A stretch of 19,578 bases of DNA from Deltaproteobacteria bacterium (GTDB lineage Bacteria > Myxococcota_A > Polyangia > Polyangiales > Houyiibacteriaceae): contig JAXMNT010000082.1 of the NCBI GenBank assembly GCA_034670305.1, forward strand, positions 1 to 19,578, given 5' to 3'. Within the stretch, counting starts at the first letter, position 1, and each line of letters opens with the position of its first letter. This document shows, in pieces, positions 6,350-14,904 of the stretch. The translations under genes were made by a program, and so were the position numbers. Below the pieces are notes generated by a model. The model saw nothing but the letters and a program-made list of their open reading frames with translations. It had not been told where the DNA came from and ran no database searches.

Positions 6350-9325
6350 TCAATCCGGAAAACGGGCGACGTAGCCCGTCGCTGGGGTCGCGCCGGCGCT
6401 GAGGGCGCAGGTGGTGGCGGGTACGGTCGTTCCGAGCGTGCACTGTTCGGGGTGCACGCTGACCCGAATGCGCCCGAGACCGCCGTCACCACCGACCGCG
6501 CCGCCCCCGCGACCGCCGAGTCCGCCACCGGCATACAAGGTTCCTGGCGCGCGAACGCTCGGCGCCGCCAGATAGATCACACCACCCGAACCGCCTCCAC
6601 CCCCGCCCATCCGATTGTCCGAGTTGCCTCCGCGGCCCCCGCCGGCGAGCACCGACCCACCCGCCGCCACGACGACCTCGATCGTGGAAGCCAGCCGAAC
6701 CGCACCACCGCCTCCAGCGCCCGCGCCGCCGCTCGTGTTGATGTTGCCGCCACAGCCGGCTCCGCCACCGCTGCCCGGTTCGAAGGACGACGCGACGGGC
6801 AAATCAGCGACCGCCGCCGTTCCGATCGACCCACCGCCACCTCCGCCGCATGCCGATAGGACCGCGCCGTTGCCGCCTTCGTAGACCGCGTCGACCGAGC
6901 CGCGCGCACCGCCGCCTCCGCCGGCGATGCCTTCCCCGGCGCTGCCGCCATCGGGTCCACCACCCGCCGCGCCGTTGTTGCCGACCCGGCCACCACCGCC
7001 GCCACCGGCAGGACCACCACCGCCGCCACCACCGCGGAGCGACGAGCCGCCGCCGCCGTATCGGCCACCGAAGCCGCACTGGCCGGCTGCGCCGGGTTCG
7101 TCCCCGCCCTCGTATCCGGCGCGGGCCAGGCCGCCACCCGCGACCCCACCGCCCGCAGTGCCATCGGTCGCGGTGCCGGTCTCTCCACCGCTGCCGCAGA
7201 ACGTATTGCCGGGCGCACCCACTTGCCCGCGGCCGTTGCCGCCCGAGAGATCGATCGTTCCATCGACCACGATGCGACCACTGGCGTAGATCTCGAGTAC
7301 GCCGGTGCCTCGGACCTTCAAGGTTTGCCCAGCGGGTACGACGACGTCCCCGGCGTAGCGGTAGACCGCGCCGTCGATCGTCATGACGTCGCCGTCCACC
7401 ACGTCGGGTGTGAAGGTGAACGAACCGCTGCTGCCATCGCTCGCGAAGACCCAGGGCCGGCACGATCCACCGACACAGACCGGCGCGCTCGCGTCGCAGG
7501 GGTTGGTGCAGGTGCCGCAGTTGTTCGGGTCGGTTGCGGTGGACGTCTCGCAGAAGTCGCCACCCGCCGAGTCGATGTCCATGTTGCAGTCGTCGAAGCC
7601 GGTGGCGCACTCGTAGCTGCAGGTTCCGGCGTCGCAGGTCGCGGCGGTGTCGGATCCGTCGCGACACGCGCGACCGCAACCACCGCAGTGGGTGACGTCC
7701 GCCATCACGTTCGCTTCGCATCCATCGGTGACGCGGTCGTCGTTGCAGTCGGAGAACCCGGGCACGCATTCGAGCCGACACGCGAAGCTCGTGCACATCG
7801 GGATGGTGTTCAACCCGCCGCGGCAGAGGGCACCGCACGCGCCGCAGTTCCCGAGCCCGGACAACGAGGTCTCGCAGTCGAGCGGCATCGCATCGCAGTC
7901 CCCGAAGCCACGTCCGCACGCGACGCGTTCACAGGTCCCGGACACACAGGCACCGAGCGCGTTGGCGCCGCCGCAGACCCGGTCGGCGCTCTCATCGATC
8001 GTGCCGTCGCAGTCGTCGTCTTCGGTGTTGCACGCTTCGTAAGCGTCCGGGCGCACCCGGTCGTCGGTGTCGTCGCAGTCGCCCGCACGCGCCACGTGAC
8101 CAGCGGGTCGAGCTGGGCTTCGCATCGATGACTCGCCGTTGCCGTAGCCATCGCCGTCCATGTCCTCGTACCAGAGCACGTTCTGACACTCGGTCTCGGG
8201 TGGCGTCGCGGGGTCGCAGTCGTTGTCGACGCCATCGCAGGTCTCGGGCGCACCGGGAAAGACGCCTGGGTTCAGGTCGTCGCAGTCGGCCGGCAGGCCG
8301 TCTTCGGCGCAGGCCGCGTCCGGCACCCCGTCGCCGTCGTCGTCTTCGCCGTCGCCGTCCGCGATGCGGAAGTCGGGCCGCCCGTCGCAGTCGTCGTCGA
8401 GTCCGTTGCACCGCTCCTCGGCGCCGGGGTGCACGGTGTCGTCGTCGTCGTCGCAGTCGCCGGCAATGGGGGCGTAGCCCTCCACCGCGGCGGAAGTCTC
8501 GATCGGCGTGCCTTCGGCGTCGCCGTATCCGTCGCCATCGTCGTCCGGCCACAAGAGGGAAGCGCCGCCGCCGGTCTCGTCGATGCGTCCGTCGCAGTCG
8601 TTGTCGGCGCCATCTCCGGTCAGCTCCTCGCCGGGCGTGCTCGGATCGTCGTCGTCGCAATCGTCGCCTACGAACGCGAACGAGTCGTCGGCAGGGCATC
8701 CGGTGATGGGCCGGTCCGGATCGCCTCGTCGGTCGCCATCCATGTCGGCGAATCCATCGACCGCCTGGCCTTCGTCCACGGCCCCGTCGCAGTCGGTGTC
8801 TCGGAGGTCGCAGATCTCAGCCGCGTCCGGGCTCGCGTAGCGGCGGCTGTCGTCGCAGTCCAGTCCACAGTTCGTGTCGTTGCAGCACGCGATCGACGCG
8901 TAGCCGTCGCCGTCCAGGTCGGGCCCAACGGTGTTCGGGTCGCAGTCTTCGTCGTGGCGATCGGCGTCGCACACCTCCTCGTTGCCAGGAAAGCGGTTCG
9001 GGTCCGAGTCGTCGCAATCGGCGCCCCCACACTCGATCGCATTCGCGCCATCGCCATCGGCATCCGGGGTCGTGCACTCGGTCCGGCACACATCGCTCGC
9101 TTCGTCGCAGACTTGCCCCGCCAAGCACGGGGCGACGCCGCCTTCGCAGGCACCCTCGACGCAACGTTCCGATCCGTTGCAGAAGAGTCCATCGTCGCAC
9201 GCGGGCACACACTCGAGCACCACCGCGTCGGACCCACCGTCCACCATGCCGCTGTCGTCGTCGCCGCCACACCCCACTGCGATCAGGAGCAGCACCCCCG
9301 ACCACGCCCCACCCGTTCGCTGCAT
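6350..9325 (-). CDS. Large surface lipoprotein (991 aa): MopE-type putative metal-binding repeats, CGxCGxxC repeats and a Gly-rich C-terminal domain
   Basis: Signal MQRTGGAWSGVLLLIAVGC; CDDGLFCNGSERC; repeated DCDD.D...PG..E.C(D/N)..D.DCDG and DxDGDG(Y) motifs; NCGACGALC, HCGGCGRAC and NCGTCTNPC; GGGGSGGVIYLAA-type Gly-rich tail. Start trimmed from ORF 6350..10924. Confidence 0.88.
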   Translation of the reverse strand: MQRTGGAWSGVLLLIAVGCGGDDDSGMVDGGSDAVVLECVPACDDGLFCNGSERCVEGACEGGVAPCLAGQVCDEASDVCRTECTTPDADGDGANAIECGGADCDDSDPNRFPGNEEVCDADRHDEDCDPNTVGPDLDGDGYASIACCNDTNCGLDCDDSRRYASPDAAEICDLRDTDCDGAVDEGQAVDGFADMDGDRRGDPDRPITGCPADDSFAFVGDDCDDDDPSTPGEELTGDGADNDCDGRIDETGGGASLLWPDDDGDGYGDAEGTPIETSAAVEGYAPIAGDCDDDDDTVHPGAEERCNGLDDDCDGRPDFRIADGDGEDDDGDGVPDAACAEDGLPADCDDLNPGVFPGAPETCDGVDNDCDPATPPETECQNVLWYEDMDGDGYGNGESSMRSPARPAGHVARAGDCDDTDDRVRPDAYEACNTEDDDCDGTIDESADRVCGGANALGACVSGTCERVACGRGFGDCDAMPLDCETSLSGLGNCGACGALCRGGLNTIPMCTSFACRLECVPGFSDCNDDRVTDGCEANVMADVTHCGGCGRACRDGSDTAATCDAGTCSYECATGFDDCNMDIDSAGGDFCETSTATDPNNCGTCTNPCDASAPVCVGGSCRPWVFASDGSSGSFTFTPDVVDGDVMTIDGAVYRYAGDVVVPAGQTLKVRGTGVLEIYASGRIVVDGTIDLSGGNGRGQVGAPGNTFCGSGGETGTATDGTAGGGVAGGGLARAGYEGGDEPGAAGQCGFGGRYGGGGSSLRGGGGGGGPAGGGGGGRVGNNGAAGGGPDGGSAGEGIAGGGGGARGSVDAVYEGGNGAVLSACGGGGGGSIGTAAVADLPVASSFEPGSGGGAGCGGNINTSGGAGAGGGGAVRLASTIEVVVAAGGSVLAGGGRGGNSDNRMGGGGGGSGGVIYLAAPSVRAPGTLYAGGGLGGRGGGAVGGDGGLGRIRVSVHPEQCTLGTTVPATTCALSAGATPATGYVARFPD

Positions 9326-9502
9326 CGGGCAATGATGCTGGCCGATGGGCGTCCTTGGCAACGCCCCTCCCCGATCTCCGCTGCGGCGCACCGCAACTCT
9401 CCGCGGGCTGCGACGGCGGCGCCTCGTTCGACGTGCTGCGCGGCCTGCCGCCCCCGCCGCCCACGACCTCGTCAACCATGGCGTCGGTGCACAGGGACGG
9501 AA

Positions 9503-9538
9503 GAAGAACACCGCGCCCTCTCGGACGCGGTGTTCTTC
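9503..9538 (-). terminator. Terminator-like hairpin downstream of 9555..9951
   Basis: 16-bp stem GAAGAACACCGCGTCC-GAGA-GGGCGCGGTGTTCTTC on the minus strand (one G-U pair), beginning 16 nt after the TAG at 9555; short pyrimidine tail. Confidence 0.65.
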
Positions 9539-9554
9539 GGACGCAAACTCTCGG

Positions 9555-9951
9555 CTACTCGCTCGTACAGGCCGCGAGCATCTCGTCGGCGGCCGCGGGG
9601 GACTCCGGACAGACATCGAGGCGGGTGTCGAGCACGTCGAAGCAAGCCTCGAGCGCGACGGCGTCGCAACGGGCTCTGCGGACGCAGGAATCCGTTTCCT
9701 GGAAGGCGGCCAGGTTAGTCGAACTCGGCGCTCAGCGCCGACTCGTTGTCGTCGTAGACCCGCTTGAGGCAGCTGCGTTCGGCGGCGGTGAACGTGTCCG
9801 GCATGATGCAGAAGTCTTCGGTCGAGAACGCGGGGCAATCGCAGATCTCGTCCGTGGTCGAGTCGTTGACCGCGAGGAGTTGGTCGACGGGGTGGTCGGA
9901 ACAACCGACGAGTGCCAGAGCAGCCAGAACGAACAGGGTGGTGCGCTTCAT
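9555..9951 (-). pseudogene. Frameshifted small Cys-rich lipoprotein (about 132 aa if repaired)
   Basis: Strong RBS (GGGAGGGAG) and MKRTTLFVLAALALVGC; premature TAA at 9715-9717. A Cys-rich helical continuation NLAAFQETDSCVRRARC...AACTSE* runs in the +1 frame to TAG 9555, followed by a hairpin. Confidence 0.75.
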
Positions 9952-10084
9952 GTGGATCTCCCTCCCAGGAAGAATGACCCAGACGTGTACCGCCCCCGTG
10001 GAACCGCCGCAACAGTCTGCGTTCCGCACCTGGGCCGCGACGGACGCAGGGAGACGCGGGTCGCAGTCCACGTATGGTGTCGCC

Positions 10085-10843
10085 ATGAACGAACCGGCAC
10101 AAAACGCGTCCGCACGGCCCGGTCGTTCGTGGGGCGCGACCGCCGCATGGATCGTGGTTGCGCTGCTCTTGGCCGGCGCGGCCTACGCGGTGGCCAGCTG
10201 GGCGATGACGGCAGGCGCGACGCTGGGCAACGGTGGCTGGAAGGCGCTCGTCGGATGGCCGATCGCAGGGCTGCTCGGCATCGGGAGCTTGGTCGCATTG
10301 GTCGGCATCTTCACCGCCTCGGGCGCCGCGACCTGTCCGACCTGCCAGGCCCGCATCACCGCGTTCGATGCGACGCGGGGCGATGGCCTCGCGCTCTTCT
10401 GTCCCGGCTGCCAAGGCTACGCGCTGGTGCGGGGTGGGGTGCTGGTGACGGCGCCCGAGAACCACGTGCATCCGCGGCCGGTCTTCGCCGCCGAGTTCAA
10501 GCCGGCGGAGGTGCGCTGGTGCGGGTGCGTGGTGTGCGGCGCGTCCGCCACCCGCGAGCTCGAGCACGAGTTGCAAGAGACCCAGATCCTCAAGAACGTC
10601 GCGGCGTCGACGTTGGGCGTTGCGATGATGGCAGCCGGTGGGGGCGGATCGATCGAGACGGGTGGCGGCAAGGTCTGGACGATCCGGGTGCCGTACTGCG
10701 ATCAGCACCAACAAGGCGTTGCGTTCCGACCCGACTTCGGGACACCGATCGTGCAGTTCCGTTCGCTCGCTGCGTTTCGCGCGTTCTGTGCGGCGAACGG
10801 TCTCGAACCGCGCGACGCGCCCGACGACCTGCGTCCCTCGTAG
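10085..10843 (+). CDS. Membrane-anchored hypothetical protein with two putative Zn-binding sites (252 aa)
   Basis: Two N-terminal hydrophobic helices, then CPTC...CPGC and CVVC...VPYCDQH. TATGGT-N6-ATG start. Confidence 0.8.
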   Translation: MNEPAQNASARPGRSWGATAAWIVVALLLAGAAYAVASWAMTAGATLGNGGWKALVGWPIAGLLGIGSLVALVGIFTASGAATCPTCQARITAFDATRGDGLALFCPGCQGYALVRGGVLVTAPENHVHPRPVFAAEFKPAEVRWCGCVVCGASATRELEHELQETQILKNVAASTLGVAMMAAGGGGSIETGGGKVWTIRVPYCDQHQQGVAFRPDFGTPIVQFRSLAAFRAFCAANGLEPRDAPDDLRPS

Positions 10844-10885
10844 TACGCTCCCGCCCATGGTGTCGGGGAGCGAAGGGAATATCGC

Positions 10886-11155
10886 ATGGCGCGGGTAGAG
10901 GTCACGCCGATCCTCGCGCGCCATCTAGACGTGCCCAAATGCGAGGTGCCAGGTGCTTCGGTCCGCGAGGTGCTCGACGAGCTCTTCGAGCGGCACCCCA
11001 AACTCCGCAGCTACGTACTCGAAGACCACGGCGCGCTCCGCAAACACGTGGTGATCTTCGTGAACAGCGAAGTGGTGCGGGACCGCAAGGAACTCGGCGA
11101 CGCGGTGACCGCCAGCTGCGAAGTCGTGATCATGCAAGCGCTCTCGGGCGGCTGA
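10886..11155 (+). CDS. MoaD/ThiS family ubiquitin-like (beta-grasp) protein
   Basis: 89 aa; GASVREVLDELFERHPKLRSYVL, HVVIFVN, and C-terminal ALSGG di-glycine. Confidence 0.93.
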   Translation: MARVEVTPILARHLDVPKCEVPGASVREVLDELFERHPKLRSYVLEDHGALRKHVVIFVNSEVVRDRKELGDAVTASCEVVIMQALSGG

Positions 11156-11168
11156 AAAGGAGGCTCCG

Positions 11169-12236
11169 GTGAAGCTCTACGTTTCGACCCGCAAGGGACT
11201 CTTCACACTGGAACGGGCCGGCGGTTCGTGGGCGATCACCGACGTCGCGTTCCTCGGAGACCCCGTCACGCTGGTGCTGCCGAGCGAGGATGGACTCGTG
11301 GCCGCACTCGATCTGGGACACTTCGGACCGAAGCTTCGGCGCAGGGCGAACGGCTCGACCGAGTGGGAGGAACTCGAGGTTCCGCGCTACCCGGACAAGC
11401 CTTCGGAGAGCGACGAAAAGACGCCGTGGTCGTTGCAAAAGATCTGGTCGCTCGAGCGTGGGCGCGACGGCACGTTCTGGGCGGGCACCATTCCCGGCGG
11501 TCTGTTCCGCACCAAGGATCCCGCCAAGGGCTGGACGCTCGACCGGGCGCTCTGGGATCGACCGGAACGGCTGGAAGCGTTCGGAGGCGGCTACGATGCG
11601 CCGGGCCTGCACAGCATTTGTCTGCACCCTGAGCGGGACGAAGAAGCGATGGTCGCCGTCAGTTGCGGGGGAGTGTGGCGCACCGAAGACGCGGGGCAAT
11701 CGTGGTCGCTCGAAGGCGAGGGGCTCTTCGCGGACTACATGCCCGGTCAGAAGCGCACCGCACGCGCGACCCAAGATCCGCACGCGGTGCGCCGCTGCCC
11801 CGCCGATCCCAACGTGCTCTGGATGCAGCACCACAACGGCGCGTTTCGTTCGACCGACGGCGGCCGGACCTGGAGTTCGCTCGATGTGCCGCCCAGCAGC
11901 TTCGGCTTCGCGGTCGCCGCCCACCCCACTGATCCGCAGAGTGCGTGGTTCGTGCCGGCGGTCAAAGACGAGTGCCGCGTGCCCGTCGACGGGGCGGTGT
12001 GTGTCGCCCGCACCCGGGACGGCGGCGCCACGTTCGAAGTGCTGCGCGCGGGGCTGCCGCAGACCCACGCCTACGACCTCGTCTACCGGCACGCGCTCGA
12101 TGTCGATCCGAGCGGCGAGGTGTTGGCGTTCGGCAGCACGACCGGATCGCTCTACGTCACCGAGGATGGCGGCGATCATTGGGCCGCGGTCTCGCTCCAC
12201 TTGCCGCCGGTGTACGCGGTTCGGTTCGGCGCGTAG
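11169..12236 (+). CDS. BNR/Asp-box beta-propeller protein (sialidase-like / WD40-YVTN-BNR family), no signal peptide
   Basis: Asp-boxes RTEDAGQSW, RSTDGGRTW, RTRDGGATF, VTEDGGDHW; N-terminal LYVSTRKGLF; RBS AAAGGAGG before the GTG start. Confidence 0.9.
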   Translation: MKLYVSTRKGLFTLERAGGSWAITDVAFLGDPVTLVLPSEDGLVAALDLGHFGPKLRRRANGSTEWEELEVPRYPDKPSESDEKTPWSLQKIWSLERGRDGTFWAGTIPGGLFRTKDPAKGWTLDRALWDRPERLEAFGGGYDAPGLHSICLHPERDEEAMVAVSCGGVWRTEDAGQSWSLEGEGLFADYMPGQKRTARATQDPHAVRRCPADPNVLWMQHHNGAFRSTDGGRTWSSLDVPPSSFGFAVAAHPTDPQSAWFVPAVKDECRVPVDGAVCVARTRDGGATFEVLRAGLPQTHAYDLVYRHALDVDPSGEVLAFGSTTGSLYVTEDGGDHWAAVSLHLPPVYAVRFGA

Positions 12237-12243
12237 AAGACCC

Positions 12244-13212
12244 ATGCGTGCCGCGTCGGATCGGTCTGGAACCAGCACTGCGGTTCCCACAGCCAGCACC
12301 GCGACTCCCACAGCCAGCACTGCGGTTCCCACAGCCAGCACTGCGGTTCTCACAGCCAGCACCGCGACTCCCACAGCCAGCACCGCGACTCCCACAGCGA
12401 GCACTGCGTTCTTTACAGGCACATGGATCGGAATCCTGCTGGTTCTTGGATGCGGCGGGGCAACCGCATCCACCGTAGAGCCCACCAACGTGGCGCAGGC
12501 ACAGCCCGCGGAGCCACCCATTGCGCCACCGGTTTCGGACGTCGTCTTCGGCGACCTCTACGGGATCTTCACCGACCCCGAGGGTGACTCACTGCTGACG
12601 CTCTTCGTCGCGATGGAGCCTGAGCCGATGCCCGAGTCCGAGCCGGTCGGCCACGTCGAGGTGCATGCGGGCCACTGGACCATGCGTACGATCCGCGAAG
12701 TGCCCACGACCTACGAGACTGTCTCGGTCATCGATCGCAACGATGTCTGCCAAGCACGGGTCACGCGAACGCGGGTGCTCCACGCCCACCTCGAAACCGC
12801 CGACCCTGAATCCGAGAGCGAGTGGACGTTCCTCGGTTTGGAGCTCGAGGGCTGTCGAAACGGCAGCATGGCCGTCGCCGGTGCGCCGGTTCGTGTGCAC
12901 CGTTGCGGTCGGAACGAGCTCGACACACCGGCGACCGAAGCGCTCGCCCGCTTGGTCCAAGCCGAAGACGACGATCTGATGTGGGAGGATCCGCTCCCGC
13001 TCTCCGCCTACCGCATGATCGACTTTCCGGGCCACCGCGTGACCGTGGTGGTCGGGTCCGGCGCCTGGGTGGTGCGCGATGGGGTCGTGCTCCACGAGCG
13101 CTACCACGGCATCCCGCGCACGGTGGTCGAAGCCGGCGACCGGCTCTTGTTCCAGATGTCCGCTCCGTCGGAAGACTGGGCGGCCGCGCTCGAACACTTC
13201 GCCCCCCGGTGA
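12244..13212 (+). CDS. Hypothetical lipoprotein (322 aa) with a 7x heptapeptide repeat before its signal h-region
   Basis: ATG 7 nt after the previous stop; (STAVPTA/STATPTA)x7, then WIGILLVLGC lipobox and a globular C-terminal region. Confidence 0.7.
   Translation: MRAASDRSGTSTAVPTASTATPTASTAVPTASTAVLTASTATPTASTATPTASTAFFTGTWIGILLVLGCGGATASTVEPTNVAQAQPAEPPIAPPVSDVVFGDLYGIFTDPEGDSLLTLFVAMEPEPMPESEPVGHVEVHAGHWTMRTIREVPTTYETVSVIDRNDVCQARVTRTRVLHAHLETADPESESEWTFLGLELEGCRNGSMAVAGAPVRVHRCGRNELDTPATEALARLVQAEDDDLMWEDPLPLSAYRMIDFPGHRVTVVVGSGAWVVRDGVVLHERYHGIPRTVVEAGDRLLFQMSAPSEDWAAALEHFAPR
12272..12418 (+). repeat. 21-bp tandem repeat, 7 copies, two subtypes
   Basis: CCAGCACTGCGGTTCCCACAG (A) and CCAGCACCGCGACTCCCACAG (B) in the order A,B,A,A',B,B,A''. 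Confidence 0.95.
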
Positions 13213-13308
13213 CAACCCGCCTCCGTTCGGCGGTGCTCGCGCGATGCCGTCATGAGCCGCAGAAACCCCAGAGAGCGAGCGGAGCCAAGGCGGGACCCCG
13301 TGCTCGGG

Positions 13309-13821
13309 TCAGGGCGCGACGACCACGCGGGCGGTCGCGCGCTGCTCGCCGATCTGGAACGCGATGTCGTAGGTGCCGGGTGCTTCGAAGAGCTGTTCGC
13401 CCACGACGCGCGCGTCGGTGACCGTCTCACCCGCCGGCAACGCGTGCCATGCGCTCGGCCGAACCCCGTTGCCGAACCACAGGTTCAAGCCGTGGTGCAT
13501 TTCGCCTTGGAGCAACCACTGCCCACGGTGCTGTTGCGGGTCCGTTTCCGCGTCGCCTTCGTTGGTTGCTTCGATCGTCAGTCGCACGGTGGCGCGGTCG
13601 GCCATGGTGACCTCGGCCGGTTCGGCGGAGAGACGCCAGCGGATGCCGCGCTCGTCGACGAAGCCCGCGGTCTCGGCGCTCGGTTCGGCTGCCTCTTCCG
13701 TGCTGTCTTCCACAGGAACCTCGGTGGGCTCGGGATCGGGCTCGGGGGTTGCGTTCGATGCGGCCCGATTCTCGGTGGAGCCAGAGCACGCGAGCACGAA
13801 GACGAGCAGCAGTCGGGTCAT
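13309..13821 (-). CDS. Hypothetical lipoprotein (170 aa), Pro/Glu linker plus a probable Ig-like beta-sandwich
   Basis: MTRLLLVFVLAC lipobox; VRLTIEATNEG, LPAGETVT and PGTYDIAF are patterns typical of Ig-like domains. Confidence 0.75.
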   Translation of the reverse strand: MTRLLLVFVLACSGSTENRAASNATPEPDPEPTEVPVEDSTEEAAEPSAETAGFVDERGIRWRLSAEPAEVTMADRATVRLTIEATNEGDAETDPQQHRGQWLLQGEMHHGLNLWFGNGVRPSAWHALPAGETVTDARVVGEQLFEAPGTYDIAFQIGEQRATARVVVAP

Positions 13822-13941
13822 GACATCGGCATGGTGCCACATCGGCGGTGCCGATCGGATCGGGCCTCGCAGGTTGCTGCACAACCTCATCGGCGCGTCA
13901 CACACCGAGGCAACCTTCGCTGATCCGCTCGCGAGGCCGGT

Positions 13942-14904
13942 TCAGAGTTCGAGCGCGGCCATGCCTTCGGCCAGCGTGACGCGCGGGTTCCAGCCGAGGG
14001 CACGCATGGGGCCGAGGTCGTACGCGGTGTCCCGCAGCAGGTAGCGCACCGCGCCCTCCGTCATCGGTGGCGTCGTACCGAAGCGACCTGCCAGACGTTC
14101 GGCGACCATGGCGGCGGCGAGCGCGATCGGCGCCGGGACCTGCACGCGGGGACGCGGCAAGCCGGCGCGGTCGGCGAGCGCATGGAAGTAGGCGCGGTAG
14201 GTCGTCCGTTCTCCGTCGTGCACGATCGCGTGCCGGTGGATCGCGTCCGGGTGGTCGATCGCGAGCACGAGCGCGTCCACCAGGTTGTCGATGTGGCAGT
14301 GCGCGATGTACCCGCGTCCACCACCGATGAGCATCGGCTGACGCGCCTGCATCATGGCGAGCGGCCGCTGCACCCAGGGCTCCGAGCGCGGGCCCCACAC
14401 GTCCCCTGGCCGCACGACCGCGACTTCGAGGGCGCCTTCGCTCCGGGCAGCGCCGGTGCGGAACCTCGCGACGACCTGTTCGGCCGCGCCCTTGCTGTCG
14501 AAGTAGGCCGCGTTCTGGTCCGTGCGGACCGGCGAACGTTCGTCGGCGCGCGGACCTGGGTCGAGCCCGAGCGCCGCGATCGAAGAGACGTGCACGCAGC
14601 GCCGCACGCCGGAATCCACGCACGCGGCGAGCACGTGTTCGGTCCCCCCGACGTTGACCTCGAACATGCGCGCCCGCGGCACCCGGTCGTCCACGATCGC
14701 GGCGGCGTGCACCACGACCGAAGGCCGCATGCCGCCGATCACGGCGCGTACTTCGGCGGCGTCGGTCACGTCCATGCGGCGGGTGGGCACCGCGCCCGCC
14801 CGGAGATCGACGCCAGCGACCGTGCGCCCCTCCGAGAGCAGCCGCAGCGCCAGCGCTTCGCCGACGAAACCCGCGCTCCCAGTGATGAGCACGTCGACGG
14901 TCAC
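13942..14904 (-). CDS. NAD-dependent epimerase/dehydratase (extended SDR, 3-beta-HSD-like)
   Basis: VLITGSAGFVG, VVHAAA, NVGGT, VHVSS, YFDSK (YxxxK), VRPGDVWGP, HIDNLV. GTG start overlaps the upstream TGA. Confidence 0.92.
   Translation of the reverse strand: MTVDVLITGSAGFVGEALALRLLSEGRTVAGVDLRAGAVPTRRMDVTDAAEVRAVIGGMRPSVVVHAAAIVDDRVPRARMFEVNVGGTEHVLAACVDSGVRRCVHVSSIAALGLDPGPRADERSPVRTDQNAAYFDSKGAAEQVVARFRTGAARSEGALEVAVVRPGDVWGPRSEPWVQRPLAMMQARQPMLIGGGRGYIAHCHIDNLVDALVLAIDHPDAIHRHAIVHDGERTTYRAYFHALADRAGLPRPRVQVPAPIALAAAMVAERLAGRFGTTPPMTEGAVRYLLRDTAYDLGPMRALGWNPRVTLAEGMAALEL

Noticed and set aside
9712-9723. prfB-like programmed +1 frameshift at GAC-TAA-C
   Set aside because: tRNA-Asp cannot re-pair on ACU and there is no slippery run; an indel removing a Cys codon is more parsimonious.
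9326-10924. N-terminal 533 aa of the 1524-aa ORF
   Set aside because: Arg/Pro-rich shadow that overlaps real genes and a terminator-like hairpin; the signal peptide indicates a start at 9325.
12272-12418. CRISPR array
   Set aside because: Units are contiguous 21-mers with no unique spacers, and there are no cas genes in the window.
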